Shown here: positions 19,791 through 30,346 of the stretch, one piece after another
How the letters are laid out: each line of letters starts with the position of its first letter
How positions within the stretch are numbered: the first letter of the stretch is position 1
From: a virus
Length of the DNA stretch: 64,000 nucleotides
Virus record (IMG/VR): IMGVR_UViG_3300045241_000217
Location: 1 to 64,000 of that record
Strand: one strand, 5' to 3'
Translations under genes and position numbers: made by a program
The notes under the pieces: model-generated
The model's database searches: none
Told to the model about the DNA's origin: nothing
The model's input: the letters and a program-made list of their open reading frames with translations, nothing else

Positions 19791-21041
19791 TCAGGGGTAT
19801 GGGAACGGGGCCACCCAGCGGGAGGCCTCGCGGATGGCGATGCCGATCGGCTCGGCTACAGCTTCAACGACAGCGTTTCCGAGCGCGGCAAGTCGGTCCA
19901 GCCGATCGGGAACCCCATCAACGCTTCCACGAATGACGGGTTCAGGTAGACCGTCGGCGATCCAGGCGTCCCAGCCGGATCGATCGAAGGGTCGCGGTGG
20001 AAAGGCGCGTCGGTCCACTCGCGCAGAGCGCTCGGCAGGTTCGGCCCGCCCGCTCCGCGTTCTTTCCGGTAGCGATCGAGCGTCCCTCTCCGCGCGTCGC
20101 TCGCTCTCGGCGTGGGGAATAGCTGGCTCTCGTCCGCTGCCCTCACGGCGGCTTCCAGCGTCGGGCTCGCGTGTCCGTTCCGGCCCGCTCCCTTCCGGTC
20201 TCGCGCCATCGGCGTCGGCCACGACGGATCCGCCATCGCCAGCCACTCCCGGATCGCGTCGTTGAGCGTCGTCCCCGAGTGCCCCGAGATCATGTACCCG
20301 TGTCTCGCGCTCGCGCTCGCGTCCGTGGCCGTGGCCGTGGGCCAGAGCTTCGCTGCCATCGCCAGAGGCAGCGAAGCTCTGGTCGCGTTCTCCGCCTTCG
20401 TCGCATGCTCCGCTCGTCTCGCCAACCAGCTCGCCGGATCCTCCCCGTCGTTGAAGTTCCCGGCGTTCGGCGTCGGCCAGCACGGTGCGCTCTCGACAGT
20501 CGGCCACGGCACGCTCGAGGTGGACTCGGAATCGGTCGAGTCGTCCTCCGTCTCGATGGGCGACGATGAAGAGGCGGGCTCGGCGGTGCGGTGCGCCCAC
20601 GTCGGACGCGCGGAGATCGAACCACTCCGCATCGCGCCCGAGTGCGGCAAGGTCGGCGAGGACGCCATCGAGACCACGGGTGCGGAGCCCGGGGACGTTC
20701 TCGATGACGACCCACTCGGGATCGAGCTCGGCGATGACGCGTCGGAACTCGGGCCACAGCCACCGAGGGTCATCTGCCCCGCGGCGGGCTCCTGCGACGC
20801 TGACGGGCTGGCAGGGGAACCCCCCGCAGAGGACGTTGATCGCTTCGACTTTCCCACGCTTCACCTCCTGAACCGACCCGAGGAGCCTGGTGCCCGGGAA
20901 CCTGGCGCGCAGCAGGCGCTTGCAGAACGGATCCATCTCAGCCTGGAACGCGATGCGCGTGCCGGGCCCGAGCCCGCGAGCGAGCCCGTTCTCCAGACCC
21001 GCGATGCCGGAGAAGAGCGAGCCGATGACGAAGTTGCTCAC
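19791..21041 (-). CDS. C5-cytosine DNA methyltransferase, main (alpha-like) polypeptide
   Basis: Motif I SLFSGIAG, IV GGFPCQ, VI IENVPG, VIII GAPHRRARLF, X RLAALGNAVV. Confidence 0.92.
   Translation of the reverse strand: MSNFVIGSLFSGIAGLENGLARGLGPGTRIAFQAEMDPFCKRLLRARFPGTRLLGSVQEVKRGKVEAINVLCGGFPCQPVSVAGARRGADDPRWLWPEFRRVIAELDPEWVVIENVPGLRTRGLDGVLADLAALGRDAEWFDLRASDVGAPHRRARLFIVAHRDGGRLDRFRVHLERAVADCRERTVLADAERRELQRRGGSGELVGETSGACDEGGERDQSFAASGDGSEALAHGHGHGRERERETRVHDLGALGDDAQRRDPGVAGDGGSVVADADGARPEGSGPERTREPDAGSRREGSGREPAIPHAESERRAERDARSLPERTRSGRAEPAERSARVDRRAFPPRPFDRSGWDAWIADGLPEPVIRGSVDGVPDRLDRLAALGNAVVEAVAEPIGIAIREASRWVAPFPYP
19856..20857 (-). CDS. nested alternative-frame C5-MTase partner (beta-like) polypeptide
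   Basis: Four WPT/FPT repeats and terminal LNPSFVEALMGFPIGWTD (motif IX-like); start codon uncertain. Confidence 0.7.
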   Translation of the reverse strand: MGKSKRSTSSAGGSPASPSASQEPAAGQMTLGGCGPSSDASSPSSIPSGSSSRTSPGSAPVVSMASSPTLPHSGAMRSGSISARPTWAHRTAEPASSSSPIETEDDSTDSESTSSVPWPTVESAPCWPTPNAGNFNDGEDPASWLARRAEHATKAENATRASLPLAMAAKLWPTATATDASASARHGYMISGHSGTTLNDAIREWLAMADPSWPTPMARDRKGAGRNGHASPTLEAAVRAADESQLFPTPRASDARRGTLDRYRKERGAGGPNLPSALREWTDAPFHRDPSIDPAGTPGSPTVYLNPSFVEALMGFPIGWTDLPRSETLSLKL

Positions 21042-21397
21042 GCGCGACGCTTTCGCTTCTTCTTCGGCAACGTGTCCTCGAACCGATGGTGCTGCGGGCC
21101 CACCGTTCGGTAGGTCGAGAAGCGACCGTCCATCGCCATCATGCGGAGCCCGAGGTTGTTCCCCTCGTTGAGCTGATGGAGCACCCATCCCACGCACGGC
21201 TGCTCTTCGCCCACCGGTGACTCGTGGCACGCCATCATCCGCATGGTGCCCCGGCCGAGCCCCTCGAACGATCCTGGGCGAGCCACGGTGCCCTTGAGGT
21301 TCTTGTGCTTCTGCTCGCAGTAGCCACCGGGGATGTCCCGCTCAGGAACCGTGCTCGTCTTCCACGGGCACGCCTTGCACTGAAGGCGCAGCGTCAC
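21038..21397 (-). CDS. Cys/His-rich conserved phage protein
   Basis: QCKACPW ... MACHES ... PCVGW. Confidence 0.65.
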   Translation of the reverse strand: MTLRLQCKACPWKTSTVPERDIPGGYCEQKHKNLKGTVARPGSFEGLGRGTMRMMACHESPVGEEQPCVGWVLHQLNEGNNLGLRMMAMDGRFSTYRTVGPQHHRFEDTLPKKKRKRRA

Positions 21398-21659
21398 AGC
21401 TCCTCCGGCAGTCGCTCGGTTGCCACGTAGCGGGGCTGGATCTCGCCCTCGACCCACACGAGCGAGAGGTCGCCCTTCTGGCGTCCGAGACGCTTCACGC
21501 GCTTCGTGCACCCGTCTCGACCGAGCTGCGCGATCTCCCACCGCGCGCGCTCCGCCTTCTCTCGCAGAGCGGGCGTCCACTCCTCCACGATGCGCTGGTG
21601 CACGGAGCGCGCGATTTCGTGGAGCGCGTCGCTGCCGCACGTGTCGTCTCCGCCCTTGC

Positions 21660-22289
21660 TCATGTGCGTGGCTTCTCGCCCATTGGACTGGTGAGCCACC
21701 AGTCGAGGATCCCGTGCGCGTCGGCCGCTCCCTCTCGATCGTCTGCGCGGGGGATGAGCTTCATCTGGGCGCCGACGCGGCGGTTCGCGATGGCGACCGA
21801 GGCCGCCTTCAAGTCCTCGCGCTTGGGCTGCGCCGAGAACCCGAGGCGCTCGATCTCGCTGGCGAGCGAGTGCGACTGCCACACCGGCGGGTGCGCGTAG
21901 ACGACGAGGAGCCCGCCGCCCATGCAGCCCGCAAGCAACCCAGTGAAGAGTCCCGCTTGCCGCGCCGCGACCATGGAGCTCGCTGCCTTCGCTGCGATCA
22001 TCTGCGGCGTGAGGTACGGCGCGGCCGATGGTGCGTACTGCGCCTCAACCACGAGCACACTGACCCGCGCCTCGCGGCAGAGCGTGACGCCCACCGCGAG
22101 CCCGCCTCGCCGTTCGTCGCCGAGTGGGTGGAGCAGGCACGGCTTGTTGACGGCTTGGATCGCGAGCGCCCCGTTCTTGCCAGGATCGAGCGTGGCGCAT
22201 CCGCGTCCGCTCAGACGCCAGTGCTCGCGCGCGGCGTGCACGGCCTTCTGTGCCCCGCGCAGACGGCCCCAGGTGAGCTCGGTGAACAT
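21660..22289 (-). CDS. RuvC-like Holliday junction resolvase
   Basis: LDPGKNGALA, VVEAQ, P.VWQ, GAADA acidic residues spaced as in phage RuvC. Confidence 0.65.
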   Translation of the reverse strand: MFTELTWGRLRGAQKAVHAAREHWRLSGRGCATLDPGKNGALAIQAVNKPCLLHPLGDERRGGLAVGVTLCREARVSVLVVEAQYAPSAAPYLTPQMIAAKAASSMVAARQAGLFTGLLAGCMGGGLLVVYAHPPVWQSHSLASEIERLGFSAQPKREDLKAASVAIANRRVGAQMKLIPRADDREGAADAHGILDWWLTSPMGEKPRT

Positions 22290-22555
22290 CAGGCCACGCC
22301 CCAGCGAGACTCGACCCGCGCGAGCACGCGCTCACGCTCACGCCTCCCGTACGCCTCTCGCAGGACCCTCGGATCCATCTTCACCGCAGCCGCGATGCGC
22401 ATCGCGAGATCGGGGGACGGATCCTTGATGCCGTCTTCGATGCGACCGAAGGCGACGTCCGAGCACTTCGCGGCGCGCGCGACGTGAGCACGCAGCATCC
22501 CGCGCGCTACCCTCGCGCTGCGAATGAGGTCCTCGGGATCGATGTGTCCCTCCAT
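22289..22555 (-). CDS. XRE-family HTH regulator
   Basis: IRSARVARGM.RAHVARAAKCS...FGRIEDG...PS....RIA. Confidence 0.75.
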   Translation of the reverse strand: MEGHIDPEDLIRSARVARGMLRAHVARAAKCSDVAFGRIEDGIKDPSPDLAMRIAAAVKMDPRVLREAYGRRERERVLARVESRWGVA

Positions 22556-22621
22556 CTCCGTGTCTCCTTCCTGCCGGCTCGGTGCCGACGCCCACTTCGT
22601 ACACCAGCGTGATCGGTCGCG

Positions 22622-24034
22622 CTACTTCTTCTTGCCCTTGCCGTACCCACCCACCGCGTATCCGGGCGCGTCTGCGTCGGTGGGATCCGGCGCTCCGTAC
22701 TCGTCATCGCTCTCTTCCTCGAGCACGCCGGTGTGGGAGCGGCGCACGAGCGTGAAGCGCCTGCCGGTGGTGACGCGCTTCACCTTCGCGATCTTGCAGT
22801 ACGCGGTGTCGCTCTTCTTCTCCGCCGGCCACACGAGCAGGATGCACTGCGAGCGCTCTTCGATCGTCCCGCTCTCCTTGAGGTCCTGCACACGCGGCTC
22901 GGCCTGCTTCGCGCCGTCGCGCGAGATCTGCGAGGCGAGCACGAGCGCCTGCTCGAGCATCGAGCCCTCGACGATGACCTCGTCGAGGATGCTGTCGATC
23001 GCGTCGCGCCGATCCTTGTGTCGCTCTCTCGGTCGGACCACCTGGAGGTAGTCGAGCATCGTCACGCGCGTGCGGTGGCGTCGGGCCATCGCGCGCATCG
23101 CGATCAGCACATCGTCGAGTTTCCGGCTCTTCACGTGCGCGAAGAAGATCGGCAGGCCCTCATGCTCTGCTGCGGCGCGCAGCGCGAGCTCGTGATCGGC
23201 TGCGGTGGCCTGGCCCTTCCAGAACTTCGCCGGGTTCGCGGTCGGCCGGTCTGGGTCACCACTCAGTGCGAGCGCGTACTTCTTGTCCGCCCCGAGCTCC
23301 CCGATCCACTTCCCACCGAAGTCCTGCTCGGGGTCCTCGACGCTCACTATGCCGACGGGGATGCCGCGGCGCCCGAGGGAGAGCGCCGACATGCACATCA
23401 CGCTCGTCTTGCCGCTTCCGGTGGCCGCGCCGATGGTCGTCACGGAGCCGGGGTACGGCCTCCACATCTGATCGACCGTCGGGATCCCGAGCATGACGCT
23501 GCGGTCGCGCTCGGTGCCCATGTCCTGGTACTCGCGCAGCGTGCTGTCCACGACCTCCTTGAAGGTCAGGACGCGAACGGTGCTCGGGTCGTACGCGCTC
23601 CCGATGGTGGCGCACAGCGTGCGAGCCGCGTCCGTGTGCGTCGCGTTGCACTCCTGGATGATCCGCTGGGCATGATCGCGACGTCGGCGAAGCTCGGCCA
23701 GTTCCTGGATGCGCGCAGCGAGCACGTACGCCGTCCGCACGTTCGGCACGTGGTTGGTGAGCGCGAGCAGCGCCTCGTCCCCGCCAGCTCGCCGAAGACT
23801 GTCCGTGCGGGAGAGCTCCACACGGATCGTGACGGTGTCGATCGGCACGCGCGCTCGACGCAGCGTGTGCATCGCGTTCACGATCAGCCCGTGCCCCATC
23901 GAGTAGAAGTCGTCGGCCGGAACGGGGGCCACCTCGAGCGAGTGCTCGTCCATGAGCACGCACGCGAGCCAGGTCTGCTCCGCCTCGATATCCGCGCAGG
24001 GCTCGACGTCCCTACGCGGTCGCCGATCGTTCAA
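22622..24034 (-). CDS. dnaB: DnaB-like replicative helicase
   Basis: N-terminal EAEQ..LAC.L...DFY..GH..I domain, Walker A GAATGSGKT, LDYLQ, LASQISR, DLKESGTIEE; TTG start overlaps upstream TGA. Confidence 0.88.
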   Translation of the reverse strand: MNDRRPRRDVEPCADIEAEQTWLACVLMDEHSLEVAPVPADDFYSMGHGLIVNAMHTLRRARVPIDTVTIRVELSRTDSLRRAGGDEALLALTNHVPNVRTAYVLAARIQELAELRRRRDHAQRIIQECNATHTDAARTLCATIGSAYDPSTVRVLTFKEVVDSTLREYQDMGTERDRSVMLGIPTVDQMWRPYPGSVTTIGAATGSGKTSVMCMSALSLGRRGIPVGIVSVEDPEQDFGGKWIGELGADKKYALALSGDPDRPTANPAKFWKGQATAADHELALRAAAEHEGLPIFFAHVKSRKLDDVLIAMRAMARRHRTRVTMLDYLQVVRPRERHKDRRDAIDSILDEVIVEGSMLEQALVLASQISRDGAKQAEPRVQDLKESGTIEERSQCILLVWPAEKKSDTAYCKIAKVKRVTTGRRFTLVRRSHTGVLEEESDDEYGAPDPTDADAPGYAVGGYGKGKKK

Positions 24035-24681
24035 GCGCCGCTCCGCTTGGCCCACTCGCGCTCGTAGCGCTCCGCTCCCACGTCCACGAACAGGTTCCAC
24101 TTCCGCGCGTACTCGCCACCGAGGTGGCCCTGGTCCCCGTGCTGCCGCGGGTCGTAGTCGTCACTCTTCGCGCGCGCGCCACCGATGACGGGCGGAGCGC
24201 CAGCGTTGTCCGCGAAGCGCTCGACGTTCTCACCGTTGCGGAAGATGAGCGTCAGATCGTCGTGCCGCTTCCCCATGTGCCGCGGGTCCATGCCCATGTT
24301 GAACGCCGTGCGGCTACACCCGACGATGGCCGAGCGGAGCACTGGCGGGGAGTATCCATCGCGGAGGCGGTCCACGATGACCTTGCGCCGACCTGGAGTG
24401 AAGATCGCGTCGGGGTGGTCCATCGTGGTGCGCCAGAAGTCGAAGAGCGCGCCGACCTGATCCTGCGGCACCTGCGGCTTCTCCCTCTTCGTCTTCTTCG
24501 CCTTGGGAGCCACCGGCACGCCTCCGTTGAGGTGTGTCTCGATGCGGTCGGCGATGCGTCGTAGCCGAGCTACCAGTGCCTTGCCCGTTACGGTCGGGTC
24601 CAGGGCAGCCGTGAGGGCCTCGCTGATGGCTCGAGCTATCTCGACGCGACCGAGCGGCTTGGGCTTCTGCTCGTCGGTCAC
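24031..24681 (-). CDS. putative replication initiator / replisome-organizer-like protein
   Basis: Directly upstream of the helicase; LFDFW...R...I..RL.DGYS...L..AI.G ... DDLTLIFRN pattern. Confidence 0.55.
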   Translation of the reverse strand: MTDEQKPKPLGRVEIARAISEALTAALDPTVTGKALVARLRRIADRIETHLNGGVPVAPKAKKTKREKPQVPQDQVGALFDFWRTTMDHPDAIFTPGRRKVIVDRLRDGYSPPVLRSAIVGCSRTAFNMGMDPRHMGKRHDDLTLIFRNGENVERFADNAGAPPVIGGARAKSDDYDPRQHGDQGHLGGEYARKWNLFVDVGAERYEREWAKRSGA

Positions 24682-24691
24682 TGGTGCGCGC

Positions 24692-25273
24692 TCAGTCGTC
24701 GGAGTCGTCGTCCAGCCCGGGCAGTGAAGGCTGCTTCGCCTCCTCGATCGCGCGGTCGAAACGCTCGGCAGCCTGCTTCTTGGCCTTCTTGGCCTTCGCG
24801 CGCTTCTCCGCGCCGTCGGAGATCGCCGCCTGGAGCTCGGCGTACTTGGTGACCACCTTGTCCAACTTCTTGGACTTCGCTCCGTTGTCCTCGATGCCGA
24901 CCGTCTCTCCGATGACCGCCTCGAACGACCCCTTGGCGTCCTTGATCTCCTCGGCGGTGCGCTTGCCGACGTTGGAGGCGTTCGCGGTCGCCTTGGTGAG
25001 ACCATCGTACCGAGAAATGATCCGGTCAGCGACCTCGCGAGCGTCCAGCGCTCCGCTCTTGAGCGCCTTGCGGACGGCGTCTTCTTTCTTCGCGTGGTTC
25101 TTGTCCGTGGCCTTCTTCTCGTCGGCCTTGCTCGCCTTCGGCGCCTTCTCGGGCTTGGGCTTCGCTGCCTTCGGCGTCTTGCCCGCGGCGAGCTTCTTCC
25201 GCTTCTCCTTCGCCCACTCGGCCTGTCGCTTCTTCTTCTGCGCGTGCTGCTCGGGGGTCATCGTCTTCGACAT
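24692..25273 (-). CDS. Lys/Ala-rich hypothetical protein
   Basis: KTPKAAKPKPEKAPKASKA low-complexity basic segment plus helical C-terminus. Confidence 0.65.
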   Translation of the reverse strand: MSKTMTPEQHAQKKKRQAEWAKEKRKKLAAGKTPKAAKPKPEKAPKASKADEKKATDKNHAKKEDAVRKALKSGALDAREVADRIISRYDGLTKATANASNVGKRTAEEIKDAKGSFEAVIGETVGIEDNGAKSKKLDKVVTKYAELQAAISDGAEKRAKAKKAKKQAAERFDRAIEEAKQPSLPGLDDDSDD

Positions 25274-25330
25274 CGCTTCCACCTTTCTTGGTTCTCGTGC
25301 GTCATCGGGCAACCGGCCCGATCGCGTCAT

Positions 25331-26227
25331 CTACTTGATGCCAGCCCACGAGAGCGCCTCGGCTGCCACGAGGCCCAGGCTCTCCGCTTTCGTCTCGAAC
25401 TGCTCACGGAGCTCGGCCACTTTCGCGTCGTCGGCCTTCGCGATCCGCGACACGTTCGACTCGCACCAGTGCTTCACGTGCTCGACGCTCTTGCAGTCGG
25501 CCAAGCGCGACGGGGGGCGTTCCACGCCATCGTTGAGCCACGCCACGATCTGTTCGCCGAGTCGCTCTCCGGGTCGCTCGATCGTGACGCCGTCGAGTGC
25601 ATCAAACCGCGTCTTCGTCACCCGTGCGAAGTGCGCGAGGTCCATCTCCATGAAGACGTCGAACTCGAACTCCATGCCCTCGCGCTGGACTGGGGCCATG
25701 CCGAGTCGCTCGACCTGGTTCTTGCCCTTCTCGTCCTTCGTCATCGCGTACTCCTGCTTGGAGCGCATCGTGACGATCAGGTGGCCAGGGTAGTCGAGTA
25801 GCGCGTCCACGAGCTTCGTCTGTACGGGCGTGAGGTGCTTCCACGCCCCGAACTCGTTCCGGAGATCCATCGCGTCCTTCTGTTCGAGCAGCCCTCCCTG
25901 CCCTGCCCAGAACGGGGAGAGCGAGTCCACGATCAACGCGTCCAGCCCCGCCTTGCCCGCTTGGATCAGGAACGCTGTGAGCCGCTTCGGGTCATACGGC
26001 GGATCGATTACCTCGTGGAAGAACGGAGTGCCGTCAGCGCCGCACGCCACCTTCGCATAGAGGGCTGCCTTCCTGCGCTCGGTGTCGAGTAGCCCGATCT
26101 TCCCGTTGGGACCCACGACTCCGCGCGCGATGCGTAGAGCGCTCATGGTCTTGCCAGCTCCGCCGGGGCCGCTGATGGCGATGCGTGCCGGGAGCTTTTC
26201 CTTGATCGCAGGTGTCTCGAACATCAC
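25331..26227 (-). CDS. AAA_24 / Sak4-like ATPase (phage recombination protein)
   Basis: GPGGAGKT, LLDTE, IVDSLS, TMRSK, PVQREGMEFEFD. Confidence 0.85.
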   Translation of the reverse strand: MMFETPAIKEKLPARIAISGPGGAGKTMSALRIARGVVGPNGKIGLLDTERRKAALYAKVACGADGTPFFHEVIDPPYDPKRLTAFLIQAGKAGLDALIVDSLSPFWAGQGGLLEQKDAMDLRNEFGAWKHLTPVQTKLVDALLDYPGHLIVTMRSKQEYAMTKDEKGKNQVERLGMAPVQREGMEFEFDVFMEMDLAHFARVTKTRFDALDGVTIERPGERLGEQIVAWLNDGVERPPSRLADCKSVEHVKHWCESNVSRIAKADDAKVAELREQFETKAESLGLVAAEALSWAGIK

Positions 26228-27175
26228 TCACCGTCCTTGCGCATCGGCGCTACATCGTGACCATTCGGGATCGAGCGCGAGCGTCTTGGCCATCGCTTCC
26301 CACTCGCTCTGGAGCATGGCGAGCGCGCCTGTGTAGGCGTGCGTGACGTTCTTCTGCGCTCCGACGTGGAGCGTGACGTTCACGTGTGCTCCTTGCAGTA
26401 CCGGGCGCCACCTGAAATGCGTCACTGGCCGTCCTCTGGCGGGAACAGCTCCGCGGCTCTGCTCAGATCCCGCCTCCATGTCCCGAGCCAGTCGGTGTCG
26501 TGCAGCACGTCGTGCGTAGCGAGCCGCACGCGCAGTTCGTCCACCGACAGTTCAGCCCGCGGCTTCTCGCGCAGGGCTCGAGCCTCGCGCACCGCTTCGT
26601 TCTGCTCCGCGCGCGTCTTCTCGCTCCCGATGCGGCGTACGAAGATGCCCGAGGCCGGGAGGTGCTCGCTGTGCTCCATGGCCTCGATGATGCGAGCGGG
26701 GTGCAGGAGCGCGAGGCCGGTCTGGAGATCGCCGCGACCCGCCCACGAGAGCTCCATGCGAATGAGTGAGCGCAGTTTCGTGTCTGGATCGACGTGCTGG
26801 TGATCGATCCCGTACGCGAGGCTCGCGCGGCGCGTCTCGTGCCGCACGTGCGGCAGCGTGGCGGGGTTGAGCGGGCGTCGTACTCCGGCTCGTTGCATCC
26901 TCGACTCTTCTTCCTGCCGGCTCACTGCCGACTCGACGTGTCTACACGCGCATCGACGCGCGTGCAAGTTCAGATCGGCGCGTCGTGCACCAGATCGTCC
27001 CAGGAGACGATGGTCTCGTACTTCGGCGGGTGCTGTCTGTCCGCCTCCTCCACCCTCGCCGTGCGCTGGTCGGCTCCGCTCACTCCGCGCACCACGACGC
27101 GCTCGCCAGCCCATCCGGGCGGAGCTGTGTTGCGGCACACGTAGGTCTTGCCGATCTCGGGTGCGTTCGCCGGCA

Positions 27176-27745
27176 TCAGCGCGACAGACCCACGGCGGAG
27201 CGCAGCGACTCGACGAACTTGCCCGCGATGATGCCATCCACCTGCGCCTTGAGCGCCTCGCGGACTTTCGTCATCTCGGCCGCGAGGTCCTTCTGCACGA
27301 ACTCGTCCACGATCTTCTTCGCGATCTTCTGGACGTACGTGGACTTGTCGCTGCTGTATCCGTCGTTCATCGGCGCGATGAAGAGGTTGAGCACGAACGA
27401 GGAGAGCGTGCGCTTGCCGACCGCACGGCCGTACTCGTCGGTCTGCTGCCAGCCCTCTTCGATGATGCGCCGCACCTCGTTCTCGATGGGCTCGCAGGCC
27501 ACGCCCTTCGCGGCGTCCTGTACCACCGTGAACGCCACCGCGGTGATCTGGTTGTCGATCTCGCGCTTCAGGTCGTAGCGCATGCTGTTGAACGCCATCT
27601 CGGCCACGCGCTCGTGGAGCCACTTCCGATCGAGCTCCAGCACCAGCGGGCCCTTCGCCTGCTCGCTCTCAGGGAGCGGCTGCGGAGGATCCGGGTTGCG
27701 GTCGAGGATGTGCGAGTCGTCTTCGGGAACTTCCGGGAATCCCAT
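27176..27745 (-). CDS. hypothetical protein
   Basis: Helical protein-like ORF from MGFPEV. Confidence 0.6.
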   Translation of the reverse strand: MGFPEVPEDDSHILDRNPDPPQPLPESEQAKGPLVLELDRKWLHERVAEMAFNSMRYDLKREIDNQITAVAFTVVQDAAKGVACEPIENEVRRIIEEGWQQTDEYGRAVGKRTLSSFVLNLFIAPMNDGYSSDKSTYVQKIAKKIVDEFVQKDLAAEMTKVREALKAQVDGIIAGKFVESLRSAVGLSR

Positions 27746-28125
27746 CGTATCCTGTTCTTCCTGCGGTCGTGCTCCGCGTGGGGCGTGCGAGCGTGCATCA
27801 CGAGGCGACGCGCTCACCAGCCCCACGCGAGGCGCGAGCTACTGCTCGTCCCTCTCGCTCTCTCGCTCCTGGTCCTTCTCCTCGGCTTGGAAGATGAGCG
27901 CTTGCTGCTCGTCGTCCGAGAGCAGCGCGGGGAGGACGGGCACGTCGGTGACCGCTCCCGTCTCTTCGTCGGTGACCGAGCGCCATGCCTTTTTGATGTC
28001 GCAGTCCGGTCCCTCGGCTGGGCTCTCGCGGGTCTCGCGCAGCCACCGGCCGCTGACCTCGACGAGTGCGTGCACGGTGTTGCCCAGGATCGAGACGTCG
28101 TAGGTGCGAGGGGCGTAGCGCTGGT

Positions 28126-28542
28126 TCATCGTCGTCTTCCTGCGATGGCTTGGCTGAGGATGCGGTCGCACGCTCCCATCATCGCGTCGATCGTTGCCTC
28201 TGCGTCGAGCGCTCGGGTCTCTCGGTTCTCGGGATCGGCTTGCGTGATCCCGAAGTTGCGCAGGAGACGCTGGTCCTGCGAGGCCGATAGCCAGTGCGCG
28301 AGCTCGTGGCGCATCGACTCGGTGGGAAGCATCGGCGCCGTGAGCGGCGGTAGGCCGGGGGTGCGGTAGCCCTCCGAGGTGGGCTTCGCGACTTTCCACG
28401 TCCCGTAGCCGTCGTAGTAGTACGAGACCCCGTCGTCCTCCATCCAATCCTCGCGCGGAACGGACGCGTAGCCGGCCCATTCGATCCGCAGCCCGAGCGA
28501 GAGCCAGGCCTCGCAGAGCACCCATCGTCGTGTGTCGATCAT
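28126..28542 (-). CDS. HExxH metallopeptidase-like protein
   Basis: MRHELAHW with downstream E.RA motif. Confidence 0.5.
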   Translation of the reverse strand: MIDTRRWVLCEAWLSLGLRIEWAGYASVPREDWMEDDGVSYYYDGYGTWKVAKPTSEGYRTPGLPPLTAPMLPTESMRHELAHWLSASQDQRLLRNFGITQADPENRETRALDAEATIDAMMGACDRILSQAIAGRRR

Positions 28543-28756
28543 CGCGGCACCAGCGAGAGCGCCTTGAGGAGCTTGTGCTTGGTGCATCCACAGACGACGT
28601 GGCCGCAGACGAGCCGATCGGCCTCCTGCTTGACCGTGACGCCAAACGCTCGCCACGCGCGCAGTTCTGCGAGCACGGTCCGCACGTCCTTCGCGGCAAC
28701 ATCCACCGTTCCCACGTCGGCGCAGACCGCGCGCTCCAGATCGAGCATCGCTTGGC

Positions 28757-29041
28757 TCACGTCGGTCCCCACCCGAACACGTGAAACACCAGCGCCACGC
28801 CGCGCATGTGCACGGTCCCGAGGAAGTGCGTGGCCGTCACGTGGTTGCTCACCGGGTGGCCGGTACCGTGGATCCAGAACCGACGCGGCTCCATCTCCTG
28901 CGACTCGACGAGCGCCCACGCGAAGATCTCGCCGTTCTGCTCGCCTACGCTGAGCACGCGCGCGTTGCGTGGCATCTGCACCACGACGCCCTTCTCGTCG
29001 TCCTTGGGGAACGGGATCGCGTACTTGTAGATCGTCCTCAC
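28757..29041 (-). CDS. conserved phage hypothetical protein
   Basis: TIYKY ... MP..ARVLSV..Q.....WALV ... GTGH ... FLGTV ... LVFHVF. Confidence 0.7.
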   Translation of the reverse strand: MRTIYKYAIPFPKDDEKGVVVQMPRNARVLSVGEQNGEIFAWALVESQEMEPRRFWIHGTGHPVSNHVTATHFLGTVHMRGVALVFHVFGWGPT

Positions 29042-29602
29042 CGGAACCTCGCGATGGCGGCGGCGGCCGCGTCCGGGATGCTTCCGCGCTCGCACGTCAG
29101 GGACGCTCGGTCGTCTTCTCCACGACCTTCACCGTGCGCTGGCTCCCGTGGCCCGATCTCTCGCGCAGCTCGCGCGACGTTGGCTTCGGTGGGTGGGAGG
29201 CGTCGAGCGAGGAGCCACTCGGCGCAGCGTTCGGCGAGCGTAGCGAGGCTCATGGCGTCCTTGGCGAGAGCTCGTTGTGGCCGAGCATCCATCCGAGCAC
29301 GCGCAGAACGCGCAGGACGGTCTCGCCCTTCGTGGGAGCGGCTCCATCAGGCCAGTCGTTGCCGTACTGCGGCACGTACTCCTTGGCGTACTTCGGGAGC
29401 CACTCGAAAACGGCGGCGTCGTGGCTTCGCTTCTCCTCGCCCAGCGCGCGCTCCCGCTCGCTCTCTTGCCACGAGCGCAGGTCTTCGACTGCGGCTGCGG
29501 CGATCTGTCGCGCGCGTACACGAGCGTCGCTGTAGTGGATCGAACGCGCGCCCATCTCGGCTGCGTACACCTCGATCCAGAGCTTCGTTTCGGCATCGAG
29601 GC

Positions 29603-30346
29603 TCACGGCGTCCTCGGCTTGCCGCTGGCTGCGATGGCGATCTGCCGCTCGTAGTACGTGCGCTGTCGCTTGAGCTTGCCGAGCGCGGTCTGCGCCCGCT
29701 TGAGCTTGGTGGACCACCGCGCCTGCTTGGCGAGCACGCCCGCGAGCTTCTTCTCTCGCTCGCGGTCCTTGCTGGCCTCGCGCTCCTCGGGGCTGGGCTC
29801 TGCCTGGATCGGGATGGTGAACGTTGCGTCGGCGATGCCGTACACCTCGCGCACGGCATCGCCGCTGCTCTTGGTCTCGTGCATCACCGCGTGCGGGAAG
29901 TGCTCGTGTCGGAGTCCGAAGAGGTGCCATGTCTCATGGCGAGCGAGCCACACGAACGCGGAGATATCGGCTCCGTGGATCGTCATGCGGAGATGGCGGC
30001 CGCTGTAGGAGGCGCGACCGGTCCCGCTATCGATCGCCCAGTGCTCCGCGTGCTCCTTCGCCGCATCGACTCCGCGCGCCGTGGACGCCTTCTCCGCGTG
30101 TGCGAGCCACCCGGAGACGCCCGCCTCCGTCTCACGCGTCAGGTCGCGGCGCGTCTGACGCACCCACACGTCGCAGTTGGCGAGGATCTCCGCGGCGCGT
30201 CGGTCCACCGCGTCGGTGTGCCACGAGCGCGGGTGCTCACCTCGCTCGGCCAACGCGCGCAGCGTGGCCTGCACCTCGCGCACCACGCGGCGAAGCCAGT
30301 GCCGTAGCTCCGCGGTCTCGAAGTCGGTCGTGTTCCGGATCTTCAT
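29603..30346 (-). CDS. HExxH-motif protein with coiled-coil C-terminus
   Basis: ARHETWHLFGLRH; KWxTKLKRA-like basic helix; hairpin+AGGA leader. Confidence 0.6.
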   Translation of the reverse strand: MKIRNTTDFETAELRHWLRRVVREVQATLRALAERGEHPRSWHTDAVDRRAAEILANCDVWVRQTRRDLTRETEAGVSGWLAHAEKASTARGVDAAKEHAEHWAIDSGTGRASYSGRHLRMTIHGADISAFVWLARHETWHLFGLRHEHFPHAVMHETKSSGDAVREVYGIADATFTIPIQAEPSPEEREASKDREREKKLAGVLAKQARWSTKLKRAQTALGKLKRQRTYYERQIAIAASGKPRTP

